Below are positions 26,720 through 40,904 of a stretch of 64,000 bases of DNA, in pieces; within the stretch, counting starts at the first letter, position 1; each line of letters starts with the position of its first letter. The stretch spans positions 99,882,001 to 99,946,000 of the forward strand of contig OX597820.1 in the NCBI GenBank assembly GCA_951406725.2, in the 5' to 3' direction. Position numbers and translations under genes: made by a program. The stretch is from Octopus vulgaris. Taxonomy: Eukaryota. The notes under the pieces were generated by a model. The model was not told the DNA's origin. It was given only the letters and a program-made list of their open reading frames with translations, and made no database searches.

Positions 26720-28060
26720 GTTGTGCCACATAGATTTTGACACAACCATCCATCCTCAGCACACACTGTGGTCTCGTACTGCAGCCGTACACCCAAACTC
26801 CTTCTTGCTCGCTCCTTCTTGCCCATCGCCTACTCTTTGTCTTTGTCTGTAGGGAGCTCATTTCTTGTTCATCCATCTCCTAACGATCTCAGTACAGGTG
26901 TTCTGGTTCTAACAACGTGGCGAAAATATAACATATTTAGCCATTTGATCATTATCATCAATGTTTGTTCCTCTCTGGACTCCTCCAAGACTGGATCGTT
27001 CGTACATCGGGTCAAACAATTGAATCGCACAGCTCACCTATACCACGTCATATTGAACATCCTTAGTAGTTTGGTACCTACCACCCTTAGGTTCCATGCC
27101 TCACACCCACACCACACTACTTTCCACAACAAGGGTTTTAGAAGTTTCACTTTGATGAAACTGCCGAGAGCGCAAACTTTCTAAATTGTATTGAGAGATC
27201 GGAGCGAACGTTGGATTCCATGTACTTGAACTTGTCAACCTAAACTATATTGATGACTTGGCATTATCGAACATGCTCCTTTTGTTTCCTAGTGGCTGCC
27301 AAGACGTAGGTCATTTTCGTGCTCACTTCTTGTTAAGACTTGGTAGAGACTCGACTAACCTTGTTAATCAGTCTCTGAATCTTAATCCAAGTGGAGATCA
27401 GCACAACGTCATCAGAATAACGATGAATATTTATTAGCCAGCAGCTGATTTATACACCGATTCAACCGAGATCATCCGCTCACCGCCACAGCCCTTCCTC
27501 AGAGTAAAGGTTAAAGCAAGTAGGTAAAACAAGACACCCTTTATCAAATTACTTTCTTGATACCAGATCAGTTCGTAATCTCGCGTTCCAATCAAACTTA
27601 AGCCCTTAATTCCCATCATCAGCAAACTCTTCCAGTGTGGAATGTCGAACTGATTTCAAAGACTTTAATTAACGAGCACCACGTATAATGGAGCATTATC
27701 TTCCACGGTTTTCTTCATGAGGAACATGTTATTAACATCTAGTCTTTAGTTTTCACCACTTTACAAAATCTCGTCTGCACTCGCGTGAGTTGTCCTTCGA
27801 GCGGTTTCATTCACTCCAGCAGAATTCTCTGTAAGATATTTCCAGTGAAGCTGATCTCCGCGCAGTCCGTAGTGTCTGCAAGATTATACAGAGCAATGAA
27901 GATTGCTCTTAGTCTGAAAGCTACTGGCCTGTCTCATGCACAACTTGGCGAGAACTTTCGTAATCATATTGCGTAGAAAAATCGTAGACAGCTATTGCAC
28001 TGTTGCCAGGCATGTACTAAATTGATTCTTTGACTTCAGCTTCCAAAATTTCTCGCATGT
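26720..28060 (-). mobile_element. Highly decayed RTE-like LINE RT fragment
   Basis: Minus-strand remnants VYSDDVVLIST..IQRLINKV and VDKFKYM; boundaries approximate. Confidence 0.55.
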
Positions 28061-28350
28061 AAAGAATGAGCAGCAGGAGAGAGAAGGAGAGAGAGAGAGA
28101 GAGAGTGACAGACAGAGACAGAGACAGATAGACGGACAGACACCTCTAACTTTTGTTAAGGTTTGTCTCTACATCGACAGTATAATGGGGAAGTGGGTCT
28201 CACCTCCGCAGACTTAGTAGGTTACCAAGCTGAAAGAGCGACAACCATGTGCATAAACCCTCATGCCGGCAATGAGGTGAAGGACAAGGGAATCAATCCT
28301 GAGAATAAATATGAATGTATAGACACAAGTATTTGTCTGTGCGCAAATGT

Positions 28351-28730
28351 GTAGGAGCGGCTGTGTGGTAAGAAGTTTGCCTCCCACCCATATGGTTTCG
28401 GGTTCAGTCCCACTGCGTGGCAACTTGGGCAATTGTCTTCTACTATAGCCTCGAGTCGACCAAAGCTTTGTGAGTGGATTTGGTAGACGGAAACAAAAAG
28501 AAGCCCGTTATATGAGTGTGTGCGCGTGCGTGTGTGTGTCTGTGTTTGTCCTTCACCACAACTTTACAACGGCGTTGGTTTGTTTACGTCCCCATAACTA
28601 AGGCAAAAGATACCGAAAGAATAAGTACCAAGCTTAAAAAAGTACTATGGTCGATTCGTTCGACTAAAACCTCTTCAAGACAGTGCTCCAGCATGGCCGC
28701 AGTTTAATGAATGAAACAAGTAAAAAATAA
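28351..28730 (+). mobile_element. SINE family A
   Basis: Aligns to 2809-3228. Confidence 0.85.
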
Positions 28731-31434
28731 AAACAATAAGAAAAAGATAAAGAAATAAAACATATATTTAAAAAAAAAACAGGAGGTAATGGTGTGAATA
28801 ATGGGAAGGTAATATTCGCTTCAGCGTGTACTTTTCCGTTTTTGTGTTTTTCTCTAAACACAAAGACTAGTTGTTGAAGCATACATATAGAAGCATTTCA
28901 GTAGCTCATAATCCTTTAATTACAGAAACTATGTTTAGGACAATAAATATCTACTGCAAAGCATAAAAAGGGATTTTCGCGCCATAGATAAAAAAAAGCG
29001 GGGAGGGGGGAACAACTGGCTATCCACGTGCATTACTTTCTTCTAGACTCCATGTGAAATCATTTCAAGTCAGATATTACTGCAAATGACATTACGTGGT
29101 TATACAATAAGTCAAAGAGAGACAAATGAGAATTAAAATGAATGACATACAAACTTCGAGGTGCGATCGAATTCACTTTATTTTAAATTATTTGGATAAG
29201 GAGAATGCAATGTCGCTATATTTCTGATCCTTATCAACACTGAGCAAAAGAAAGTTATGTCGGTGGCATTGGAATTCTCGAATGCAGTGGGATCGAACTA
29301 AATACTGTAAGGCAGACGGTGTTTGATTAGTTACGCCAATTCACCAACTCCCTAACTCTAATTAATTTGGAACTTGTTTACAAAATCAATCTTTAAGTTA
29401 GAATTAAATAGGGAAGTTGAGTGCCGGAAACAGAAGAATGTCCGATTGTATTGGATTCAGTAATAAGTTTTAGTCTTGAAAGATTCATAATTAATAAAAT
29501 AACATCCATTATGCATCTCAGTTGATTATGAAAGCATACGCACCGAATTATTAACATTTTCCGGTCGTGTCTATCTAAGAAATCTATATTTTATTCACCG
29601 AAGGAACAAGAGAAATATCAGTAGCTAATAGATTATAAATCTCTAGCAGGTCAAGCGACGACAGTGGCTTTTTCTTTGACATGTTTTACCCTTACGAGTG
29701 TTTCATTAAAATATTGATTGATAATAGGATATTTGTTAATATATAATGTTCTGCTGCTGCTACTCACCTCAGTAAACGGCAAATCTGCATGCTAACCTTC
29801 GTCGATAACTGGGCCTGGGAGATACTTGACGGATCGCATAATCATTTTACAGGAGAATGAAAACAGGTTTGCCGATAACACTTTTCTGTTGTACACCTTT
29901 CTTTATCTCGTTCCAATCTTGATTACGGTTAATTTGATATCAACGTATCTGATTATTCATCAGTCTTTTCTATCTAAATTTATATCTTCTAACATCTTAA
30001 TGATTTCTTCATGGTTTACTGTTATCAAATACTTTTAGACAGTCAATGACACATATATACAGCTCTTGTAATTTCATTGACCTTTCAGTGATGATTATCA
30101 AATTAGCTGTGCATATTCACTATTTCTTTACACCCAACAAATCTTGAATGTGGTTCTGATATTTTACGACTAATGCTATTTTTGTATCTGAGCAAAGGAC
30201 TTGCATCAAAATAGAGCAGTCGAATGTATCAACCTCAGAATGAAAAGCAATGTTGACCTGAACCGGATTTGAATCTTGAACGTAAGCGATCATTAATAAA
30301 TATAGCTATGCCCTTTGTTACACTCTCTAACGATTTTGCCTTATCCCCTTACTTTATAGTTATGTTCATCTTCCAATAATTTTAGGAAAAAGCAATTTAA
30401 CAGCGTCTAACATCTCCAAGTTATAGTCTCTACTGAAGATAATGATAGATCTGACAACCATGGCTGTGGAATCACAGATTACAGCGGTGAGCTTCAACAC
30501 TAATAATAATATTTATTTGCTGCAATCTAAATTGCATCTTTTAAACAACAACAAAATGGTGTGTAAATAACACAATGTAGTGTCGGAGTATATAGAAATT
30601 ACCATTAAAAATAAATTCATTTGACTACCTCTATAATCCGGCTCAATGGGTGATAATATCTATCATAAGCAATATAAATTAATTAAAAATATAATATAAA
30701 CATATTGTTAAACTATTCATATTTTGAATATTTCTTCAACTATGAGAACTGGAAGTTTCGTCGATTGGGCGAAAATTGTGATCATATCAAATATTCATCC
30801 AGATATTACAAAATGATTGTAAGATTACTGGGGGAAAATATAAATATAATATAATGTCGACTAATTTGTTGAGTATGAAAATAATATTTTGTTCTGCACT
30901 TCAGCAAACGATTTGCTTGATATCATTGATAACATACATGTTGTTAGAAACTATATAATCGTAGGAATATGAAAAGTATAAGAATTAATCTAAGATTGAT
31001 GAATAAATCATTAGAGGCACAGATGGCAGGAAAAGAAAAATTTCAATATATTTACTCTTGATGATGAAGAAAATTGATAATTATACGATGAAAGATAGAA
31101 AATTAAGGGTTAAGATAGCAGTGAGTTGTGGAAGTAAATGAAGGTGTAATGAACGAAAATCAAATAAATAGTGGTCAAGTCTACTGGTGGAAAAGATGAG
31201 GCTTATAAATGGCTTAGATTGTATAAAAAGATAGGCGGAGAGAAAGAGAGATGGGCAGAGAGAAAGAGAGATGGGCAGAGAGAAAGAGAGATGAGCAGAG
31301 AGAGAGAGAATAGAAAGACTCAAGAAACAAAATATAGAAGAAAATAAGTCAAACTAACAAGTTATATCATAAATTTACTACTTGTAGTAGTAGTAGTAGC
31401 AGCAACAGAAGCAGCAGCAGTAGCAGTAGTAGCC

Positions 31435-31501
<67 letters not shown>

Positions 31502-32531
31502 AAAACAATATTGTCATTTGCATATAATTGCAAGTGTCACAAACCGTTTTATAATTTTTTTAAAAATCATTTATTAGTCTTTACTGAGAATGAAAATTCT
31601 TATGGCAATATCCTTTGTTGGCATTAATGCATGTTGGTTGCTGTTGCTGTAAGTGTTGTTGTATTTATTATTATTATTATTATTCTCATTATTGTTGCCG
31701 TTGTTGTTGTTGTTGCAAAGTTTCTTTTAAGTTTGCATGCCTGAAGATGTGCACTTCAAACGCTTGAACGTCTTGCTATGATTGTACGGAAGGAAGTAGG
31801 GAGTTAGTTTGATCACGTTATAACTGACACTGACAAACCACTGAAATAGCATTGAGAGTCATGACTTAACTCGTGTCACTTGCTAATATTGTAGTTGTTG
31901 CTTGTTCCTAATACTGTTTACTGGAGTTTTTCAATTCTATAATGCTGTGATGGTGCGCCAGTTTCCGCAACCATATATGTCCGTGGTTCTCAAACAATGT
32001 ACATAGATTCCGCTTGTGATACTAAAAGGGCTACCTAGCTATGCACCAACGGTTTTTAAAAAATATGATTTTAGAGAAGAACGAGATTGTTCGCTTGAAG
32101 CAAATTGAAATGATGAAGAAAGAAGATCTTGTGCAGAGCTTCTCACAATGTGAGGATAGAATTAATGATATATCAATTTCCTTTATATTTTTCGAGTAAA
32201 TCATTTCAACGGCAGCAGCGAATTTTACCACTAGGCAATTGGCATAAGATTTTTAGGTGGGAGGCATGCGTTTTCTCAGGCGGATTTCCGCCACAGAAAG
32301 TACATGACGATAACTAGATTATAATGGTTTGTTACTGTTTTCATATTCTATCCTTCCGGTCAGTTCAACATGCGCAACCGTTAATCCAGGCACATTTATA
32401 TTTATTTCCATTTTTCTCTCTCCATCCTTTTTCTTTCTTCATTTCCTTCTGTAGAAGCGCGTAGGCGCAAAACATCACAGACTCTTCCATTTTTCCTGAG
32501 CATCAAGCTTAATACATCTTGTTTGTTCTTC

Positions 32532-32603
<72 letters not shown>

Positions 32604-32619
32604 ATATATACTACATCTT

Positions 32620-32682
<63 letters not shown>

Positions 32683-32903
32683 TCAATATCAGGGTAGCAA
32701 AAGATTCAAGAGAAATTTTTTCGCCACCAGCGGTCTAGTGAGAAAGAAAAAATAGTCAAAGACTATATAATGTACATTCAACAATAATATTAAGGAATGG
32801 CCTTAACAGGCCATTCAACTCACTAAAACGAGCAGTCATACTCAAACCGCTAAATAGTAGTAATTCAGAAATCAAAGGAAAGTTAAAACATTTACCCTTA
32901 TCA

Positions 32904-33011
32904 TCTTGGGACTATGCACAGTTTCGACGTACTTTTTGGCAAACCAGCTCAATTAAATTTAATTAAATTTAATTAAATCAATTTACCACTGGCCCGTCTC
33001 ATCGGCAAAGA
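32904..33011 (-). ncRNA. Type I hammerhead motif, CCGATGA core, long AT-rich stem II
   Basis: Minus strand: tctttg-CCGATGA-gacg...cgtc-GAAAC-tgtgcata-GTC-ccaaga. Stem III actgtgcatagt is self-complementary with a G-U pair. Confidence 0.7.
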
Positions 33012-33028
33012 AGCCAGGGGAGGCAATT

Positions 33029-33059
<31 letters not shown>

Positions 33060-33065
<6 letters not shown>

Positions 33066-33665
33066 CAAAGTAAACGAGTGAAAGAGGGTTTGAAAATGCA
33101 GAGGTCTTTTAAAGATATTTATTGATTTAACCGGTTTTACTTTTAAAAAAAAATATTATCAAAAGTAAAATGTAAAGCTTTGTATAAACTTTGTTGTTTT
33201 ACAAAATGATTATCATAGTTGTATTAAATACAGTTATACAGTCTTTGAAAATGATAAGAAAATGTTAAAAAGTAGAATTTTTGACAATAATAGGAAAATG
33301 TTAAGAGGAGCTTTTTGTTTAAATAGTTTACATGGAAGTGTTCAAAATGGGTAGTAAAATAAATTTATAATTATTTTAAGTTCATCAAATATCATGGTTG
33401 TACAGAAGCATATATACAGAAGGAATCATATTTAAGTATTTATACAGGATTTTAGAGGAATGACTAACCTTTCCATCCATCATCTCCTGTCTTGTAGTGT
33501 GTGTATGAGAAATGTTTGCTATTTTTAGAAATAGTGTGGGAGGTTGGTTGGTGGAGGAGAGCATTGTGGAATCAAAAGGAGTTTTTTCTTTCTGGGCTAG
33601 TCTGTCATGGTTCCCTGGTTTTTGGGTCTGGTCTTAGAGTTCAAAATAGTGTGCACGTTTCTATT

Positions 33666-33730
<65 letters not shown>

Positions 33731-35150
33731 TTGTGTTTGTGTGAGGGTTTTTTTGGGGATAGGTATTAGAGTTCAGCGAGGTCTATGCATGGGTCTGTGT
33801 ATATGTGTGAACTTGTGTGTGTGTATGTATGTGATTTGCATTTGTCTATGTGCTATGTGCGCGCATGTGTGTGAATGTGTTTGTACGTGTGTGTGTATGT
33901 GTGTCAGTGTGTGTGCGTGTGTATGTGAGTGTTGGTTGTGATTACTAGAGTCGTATTGCATGTGTACATATGTGTGTGTTTTTTTCTTGGAATGTGTGTG
34001 GGTTTGTGCTCGAGCGTGGGGATATTGTGTTTGTGCGTGTGTGTATGTATGTGTGTGTGTTTGTGTGGGAGGTTTGCATTGTATTTGCGTGTGTGTTTGT
34101 ACATCTGTGTATGTTCCTGAGTGTGTTTGTTGTGGATGCGTACCTGGGGGTATGTTAGAGTATGTTGGGTTGTGGTCTGTATTTTTGAATAAGTATATTT
34201 TCCTCATTCGTATTTGGTCAGTGGTGTTGTCTGGGCATTGGTACAGTGGGAAAACTAGGGACTTGTTTTGTGCACAGAGATCTAAGTGGCCACTAAGTGG
34301 TATCTGTCTTGTGATGGGGTCCCTCAATTGTTGGCGGTGGACTGTCATCCTATCTCTGAGGGTAAGACTAGTCTGCACTCTGTAGTCTTTGTGAAACCCT
34401 TCACGCCTAATGGCATAAAGTAGATTTTTTGATGCACAGGTGAAGTTTTGTTTTACAAGTGAGTCCTGACTGGAATTTGTATAGTGTTCCTTGAATGAGG
34501 AGGATGCGAGTCCTGCAGTTAGATCGACCCCATTTTTTGACGGTGAGTGTTGGGTAATTTTGCATTGGTGAGTAAGTTTTTTACGGATTTCGGTTGTCTC
34601 TTGCTTTTTATTATTTTAAGGCTTTCGAGTGCTTTTTTGACGTGGGTCTTCACTCAGAAGTGGGATGTTCTTGTATATAATCATGTAAGCTTCTGTATTT
34701 CTTGGATTGTGTGTTGAGAGATATGGAAGGCTATGTAATGGACCTTGAGTGTGTTTCGGTTTTCACAAGTCTTGGATATCGATTGTCTTGGCCCGTTCTA
34801 TTCCATTGTCAACTAATGATGCTGGGTACTGCCTTTCGAGAAAAATTGCCTTTAATTCTTGGAGTCTTTTATTTCGCGTTCTTTAATTTGAGACAATGTA
34901 CAGATTCTTCTCGCTAGATTGAAGGGGATGTTTGTCTTCGTATACTTTGGGTGAGTAGAGGTTGACAGGAGGTATTGTTTGGAATCATTTGGTTTGTAGT
35001 GGATATTAGTTTAAATTTTGGTGCCTTTTTTATAATAAGAATGTCTAGAAATGGAAGTTGGTTTTGACTATATTTCATAGTAAATTGGATATGGTTGTTG
35101 ACACTGATGACTAAATTTTCGAATAACACAATAACACTATACTTGTTCCA
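33060..35150 (-). mobile_element. Penelope-like element, 5'-truncated (RT C-terminal part, GIY-YIG, 3' tail)
   Basis: IQFTMKYSQNQLPFLDILIIKK (PLE RT) and QTSLTLRDRMTVHRQQLRDP..PLSGHLDLC (GIY-YIG). A degenerate HHR (aaaccggtt) lies at ~33125-33165. Confidence 0.85.
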
Positions 35151-35336
35151 CGTCCTCAGTCCATAAAATGTTAAAAATTATATCTTATACTAACTATATC
35201 TATTCTGAATCCCGTATTTTCCGTTGGTATTTCTGTCTCTAAAACTACTTTTATATATACGAAATAAACATTGTTCATTTTAGTACATCTAATTTGAATG
35301 TCTTTTTCCTGTGTACTCTAAAGTAATATTCCCTAA

Positions 35337-35374
<38 letters not shown>

Positions 35375-35406
35375 GGCACACACGCACATACATATATAAA
35401 TATGCA

Positions 35407-35441
<35 letters not shown>

Positions 35442-35498
35442 ACATATACAGAGGCACACACGCACATACATATATAAATATGCATATATGTATATATG

Positions 35499-35543
<45 letters not shown>

Positions 35544-35568
35544 TATATACACATATATACGTGTGTGT

Positions 35569-35645
<77 letters not shown>

Positions 35646-36529
35646 GTTTATTCAACTTAATTGGTTAAATAAGCCGTCGGGCGAATTCAAAGTCCCTGCC
35701 GACACAAATAGTAAAATAAATTTGATTATTCTCAGAATAGATTCCTCTCTATCGGAACATGTTTTTATTATCATCATACTTTAGTTACAATAACAAGAAA
35801 ATAAGGATCTGACATTTATGTATATATATATATATTTGTGTGTGTGTGTGTGCGTGTGGGCCTGTGCATGTGTGCGTGAGTGTGCATCTAAGCTTAAGTG
35901 TCTTTTTGTTAATTATGTAAAACGTCGGTATGATGGAGATGCCGAGAATAAAGACACGACATAGCAGGTAAAGTAGAAGAATATCTGTTGATAAAGTGGC
36001 GGTAAAAGTGAACAAATTAGGTATTATTGATGGTAATCAATACGGTCGGACTAATGAATCAATCTCTTTTGACAACATCAGCTTAATATGAATTATGAGA
36101 GCTTAGTGAATTCACTGTTGAGATCAATGAATCCGACATCGAAGTACATTTTTAGCTATGAAAACCTGTCTGTGTATATGTAACGCACAGACATACACAT
36201 ACATACAGCTATACATATACACACGCACATATATGCACACGTATACGTCAATATATATATGATGTGTGTTATCTGCGGACCATGAATTGGAAATTATTAG
36301 AAGACGTAAAAGTAGTGAAGTAACAAATATATAGTTATGGTTTGGAACGAATGAAGTAAAAGTGTAAGCTATTACATGAAAAGGGTGTAGAAGCAGTATC
36401 CTGTTTCAATTGGGGCGTGTGTGTCTATATGGATGGAACATTACTTCCAAATTTAGAATATCCTATACATTATGATCATTAATTGTAAATTCCATAGTCT
36501 TTTCAAATGGCTAATAATGTGTGCGCACG

Positions 36530-36685
36530 CCGCTACTACACACTCTCCTACCCTGATGTAATCTCCAGGAATACAGGCATCCAGCAACAGGACCTCCGTA
36601 ATGCTATGATGGACCCTGAAGTCTGGCGTAACACAGTAACTTTCATTGTCTTGACCACGGTCGAACAATGATAATGATGATCATC
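36530..36685 (+). mobile_element. RTE-type LINE 3' end fragment
   Basis: TLSYPDVISRNTGIQQQDLRNAMMDPEVWR followed by a (TGA)-like tail. Confidence 0.6.
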
Positions 36686-36729
36686 ATTAAAATGAAAGTT
36701 TTAGATATCCAACCATCTTCTCCGCCACC

Positions 36730-37200
36730 TATTCTTAGGAGGATAGTAGGGGTAGAGTTCTCAGACACCTCCTCCATAGGGTCCTATCGGAAGCAAGTAT
36801 CATTACATTTTTCAACTGGATTCCATAGCGTGGCCAACTGAGACAAGGGATGTTAACCAACCATCTCGCTCGGGATGTACCTTTACATCTCTTGCCGGTG
36901 GGTTCGGCTTGAAGTACCCTTCTTGCTACTCGTTCCTGCAACATGTGATCTATCAATGCGGAGAAAAAATGACTCGACATGGAGAGACTCCCTGCTCTTC
37001 GAGGTTCTCATCTTGTCGAGTAACATTTCTCCAGACATGCTTCAGAGGAAACCCATTTCGGCTACTTGCATACGTGATCGGACTCTTATGCAACATTTAA
37101 GATCATACGTGATGATAGGAACGAAAACCGAACTGAAGATTGCAAGTTCGGCTTTTTACCAATCTCTTCTGAGGATTGAAGGCTGAACCTGGCGCATTAC
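36730..37200 (-). mobile_element. RTE-type LINE 3' fragment
   Basis: SVFVPIITY..RSRMQVAEMGFL and VLQAEPTGKR..RARWL...LASDRTLWRRCLRTLP. Confidence 0.75.
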
Positions 37201-37414
37201 TGTGCTAGCACCTAAATTGTAGCATTCAATTCAGTTTTAAGTGTGTTTTCTCTTGTTAAAGTAAACTCAAGGAAAGACCGAAAATATAAACCAAGAAAAG
37301 ATGCTAAAATCAATCGAGTGCATAACAAGAAATGCTATAACAACTAAAACAAAAATAACGAGGAAGCCAAAACGAAAATAGAAACTTTGTAAAAAAAACC
37401 TCCACCACCAGTTA

Positions 37415-37820
37415 CTCTTCTCCTCCTCCTTCTCCTTCTTCTTCTTCTTCTTCTCCTCCTCCTCCTCTTTCCTCTTCTTTTTCTTCTCCTCCTCCTTCTC
37501 CTCCTTCTCCTCCTTCTTCTTCTCCTTCTTCTTCTTCTTCTTCTTCTTCTTCTTCTTCTTCTTCCTCCTCCTCCTTCTCCTCCTTCTCCTCCTTCTCCTC
37601 CTTCTTCTTCTCCTTCTTCTTCTCCTTCTTCTTCTCCTTCTTCTTCTTCTTCTTCTTCTTCTTCTTCTTCTCCTCCTTCTCCCTCTCCTTCTTCTTCTTC
37701 TTCTTCTTCTTCTTCTTCTTCTTCTCTCCTTATCCTTCTCCTCCTCCTTCTCCTCCTTCTTCTTCATCTTCGTCTTCTTCTTCTTCTTCTTCTTCTTCTT
37801 CTTCTTCTTCTTCTTCTTCA
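37415..37820. repeat. (CTT/CCT)n polypyrimidine microsatellite
   Basis: Direct reading. Confidence 0.95.
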
Positions 37821-37967
37821 TGCCATGTTAGATTAAGGAGAAGAATGACGGAAAGGATCACTTACTTTGCTCTAGAGTTAATTCTTGTTCGGAATCTCTT
37901 GAAAGCTTTTCCAGTTCATCCAGGATAATTTTTCAGTGTCTTTAGTTCATGCGAAAGACCAATTCCT

Positions 37968-38580
37968 TGACCCTTTGCCTGTCCAAAGTATTTTCATTCG
38001 GTTGTCCTAAACCCGCGTACGTGCTTTCATACTTTTATCTAGGCCTTGTTTCATGCGTTCTTTGCAATATAAAACTTTCCTTTCATAATTCCTAAGTTAC
38101 ACTGGTTACTGTAAAAAGGGAACGTGTAATATATATGATGCATAGATGCAAGGAAAATATATCACGTGTCTCAGATGTGATTGATACACAGGACAGGTAA
38201 TGTTATCAAGTACCATAACCATTACCGCTACTACCGCAGGACATATTTCCTGGCGTCCATATTTATCACGTGATACACAACTTAGGTAAAGTGTTAATAA
38301 GGGTCGTAATCACCTCCATTTCTACTACCACAACCACAACAATAAAAACCACTGCCATCTAAACAACCGCAATTTTCATAATTTTGTTCTAAGCATCCAT
38401 GTTTGTTTCCAGAGTTTTACTTGGCCCTTGTTTCTTACATTCTGAATAATATAAAACTTTCCTTTCTTAAGTTCCAACTTACTCTTGCGGATAAAAAAAA
38501 CCCATTAGGAATGTGCATATGATGCATGGACGTCAAAGAAATATGTGCTTTGAATTACATGTGATACACGGAATACGCAA
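37968..38580. mobile_element. Two decayed copies of the TTAA MITE seen at 56811-57030
   Basis: ccctttgcctgtccaaag.attttcat start; aatataaaactttcctttc and atatgatgcat blocks occur twice. Confidence 0.65.
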
Positions 38581-38718
38581 TTAAATAAGCCAGAATTAAC
38601 CTCCGTTATGCTTCTAGCTAGGAGTCGCTCGTCGGCCATTAAAAACTTCAACCTATCTAATCATTTAAATTCGTTGATTTGTTTTGTTGCTCTCCTTTCT
38701 ATTAACAGTGGAAGTGTG

Positions 38719-38754
<36 letters not shown>

Positions 38755-38931
38755 TTGCTGCCGCTGCTGCTGCTGCTGATGATGATGACGACGACGACGA
38801 CGATGATGATGATGATGATGACGACGACGATGATGATGATGATGGCGACGACGATGATGATGATGATGATGACGACGACGATAATGGTGACGAAGATGAT
38901 CCTGTTGCTGCTGCTGTTGCTGTTGCTGTTG

Positions 38932-39298
38932 AGCGAACGGTCTTCGTCCCAGAGCTCGCAAGATGGGAGAAGTCCGAAACATGGTCCTTTGCTATTCGTA
39001 AAACCAGTAGAAGAGAAAGCAGGTCAACCCCCGACGCCGAGAGCATCGACGGATGGATGAATGCGCATCCAGGCTCAGCGGGTGCGTAGGGAGTCGGGGA
39101 CAAGAAACAGGAAGAAAGAGTGAGAGAAAGTTGGAGCGAAAGAGTACAACAGGGGTCGCCACCACCCTCTGCCGGAGCCTCGTGGAGCTTTAGATGTTTT
39201 CGCTCAATAAACACACACAACGCCTGGTCTGGGAATCGAAACCGCGATCCTCCAACCGCGTGTCCGCTGTCCTAACCACTGGGTCATTGCGCCTCCAC
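38932..39298 (-). mobile_element. SINE family C head with a third 3' tail
   Basis: Head at ~39105-39298 matches family C; 38932-39100 is unrelated and ends in (CAA/CAG)n. Confidence 0.8.
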
Positions 39299-40023
39299 TG
39301 CTGCTGTTGTTGCTACTACTGCTACAGTTGTTTCTTGAGTTATTGATATTGTGTCTCTTGTTTCTGTTCTTGTTCTAGTAGTTCAGTCACTATGCTGTTA
39401 TTGTGATCACCATCGTCGGCATCATTGTTGTGGTTGTTGTAGTAGATGATGATTATGATGACAGTGACGACGACTATGATAATGATACTGATGATCATGT
39501 TCATCCCTACCTCTTTCAGCCCTTTTCCCTGTGTAAGAAGAAGATATCAGCAGAGAATCCTAATTTGTCAAAGGGACAGTACAGTAATTAATCACCTCGT
39601 TTTCGTTTTCCTATCTTGAGTTCATCGTACTGAAATGTCCATCGCGAATGGCGAGTTCTTCCGTTTCTCTTAGACACCTCTCTCGCTGTACTTGTGTCGG
39701 TTTCTTCAACGCACCATTTTTTTATGCACCCGTACATAAAACTGCAATTCTCTACATGCTCCAGTAGATCTGCTGAGAATTATAAAAAGTCTTTTTTGCT
39801 TTCTGTTTTCACTGGGCCTTTGATATCTCTGAAAGCTTACCTCTCCGTTGTTATTTCAGAAATAGTAGATTCAAGTTTTGGCACAAGACCGATAATTTCG
39901 GGGGTGGAGGTAAGTCGATTACATCGACCTTAGTGCTCAATTGGTATTTATTTTATCGAAAGCGATGAGAATCAAAGTCGACCTTGGCTGAATTCGAACT
40001 CAGAACATAAAGACAGACGAAAT

Positions 40024-40258
40024 ACCTATTTCTTTACTACCCACAAGGGGCTAAACACAGAGGGGACAAACAAGGACAGACAAACGGATTAAGTCGATTA
40101 TATCGACCCCAGTGCGTAACTGGTACTTAATTTATCGACCCCGAAAGGATGAAAGGCAAAGTCGACCTCGGCGGAATTTGAACTCAGAACCTAACGGTAG
40201 ACGAAATACCACTAAGCATTTCGCCCGGCGTCCTAACGTTTCTGCCACCTCGCCGCCT
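40024..40258 (-). mobile_element. SINE family B
   Basis: Near-identical to 55278-55511. Confidence 0.9.
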
Positions 40259-40854
40259 TATTTCAGAAATGTTGGCAGCCTAGCTGTATTTGGACCGTCG
40301 ATCCGATGAGATATTTCTTATTGCCTTTCGTTATTATATTTGTGTTTAAATGCACTACATTTGTTTCCATTTATTTTTAAAACAATGAAGAATTTTATAA
40401 AATAACTTTGTCGTTATTAAGCTAGTATTCGGAACATAAATTAACAGGAAATTTTGATAGAAGATTTTAATTTAGATCACTGAAAAAGAAGAAGTTTGCA
40501 ACAAAGAGCCAAGAACAGTCTGAGACAGGTTGGTAACAAAAGGATTAATTGCGGTGGCAGTAGTGCAGTCACTACTTACATTATTTTTCTTGTTTCTTTC
40601 TCTATTCTCATTATCCTTGCTGCGGCTACTGTAGATGCTTCTGTCGTCGTATTTGTTGCCGCTGTTGTTGTTTTCTGGCTATGAGGTATCGAGGTATGTC
40701 TTTTTATTTTGCTAATAACGTTGGCGTCTTTCATCAAAGTTGAAGACGACACGCCAAAACATTTAACTCCATTGTTTTCACTTTCAACTTTTGAATCGCC
40801 CACTCTCCCTCTCTTTCACACGATTCTATCTCACAAAAATTATCATCATCATCA

Positions 40855-40904
<50 letters not shown>

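Noticed and set aside
29762-29900. Minus-strand exon ending at a gtgagt donor
   Set aside because: The donor is good, but all three frames hit stops nearby and no acceptor is evident. It could be a UTR exon but cannot be supported.
32041-32199. 52-codon ORF MHQRFLKNMILEKNE...
   Set aside because: Short, with no recognisable domain or splice signals; a hAT-like end nearby suggests transposon debris.
35369-35495. Direct repeat cagaggcacacacgcacatac as a regulatory array
   Set aside because: Simple slippage duplication within a TA microsatellite.
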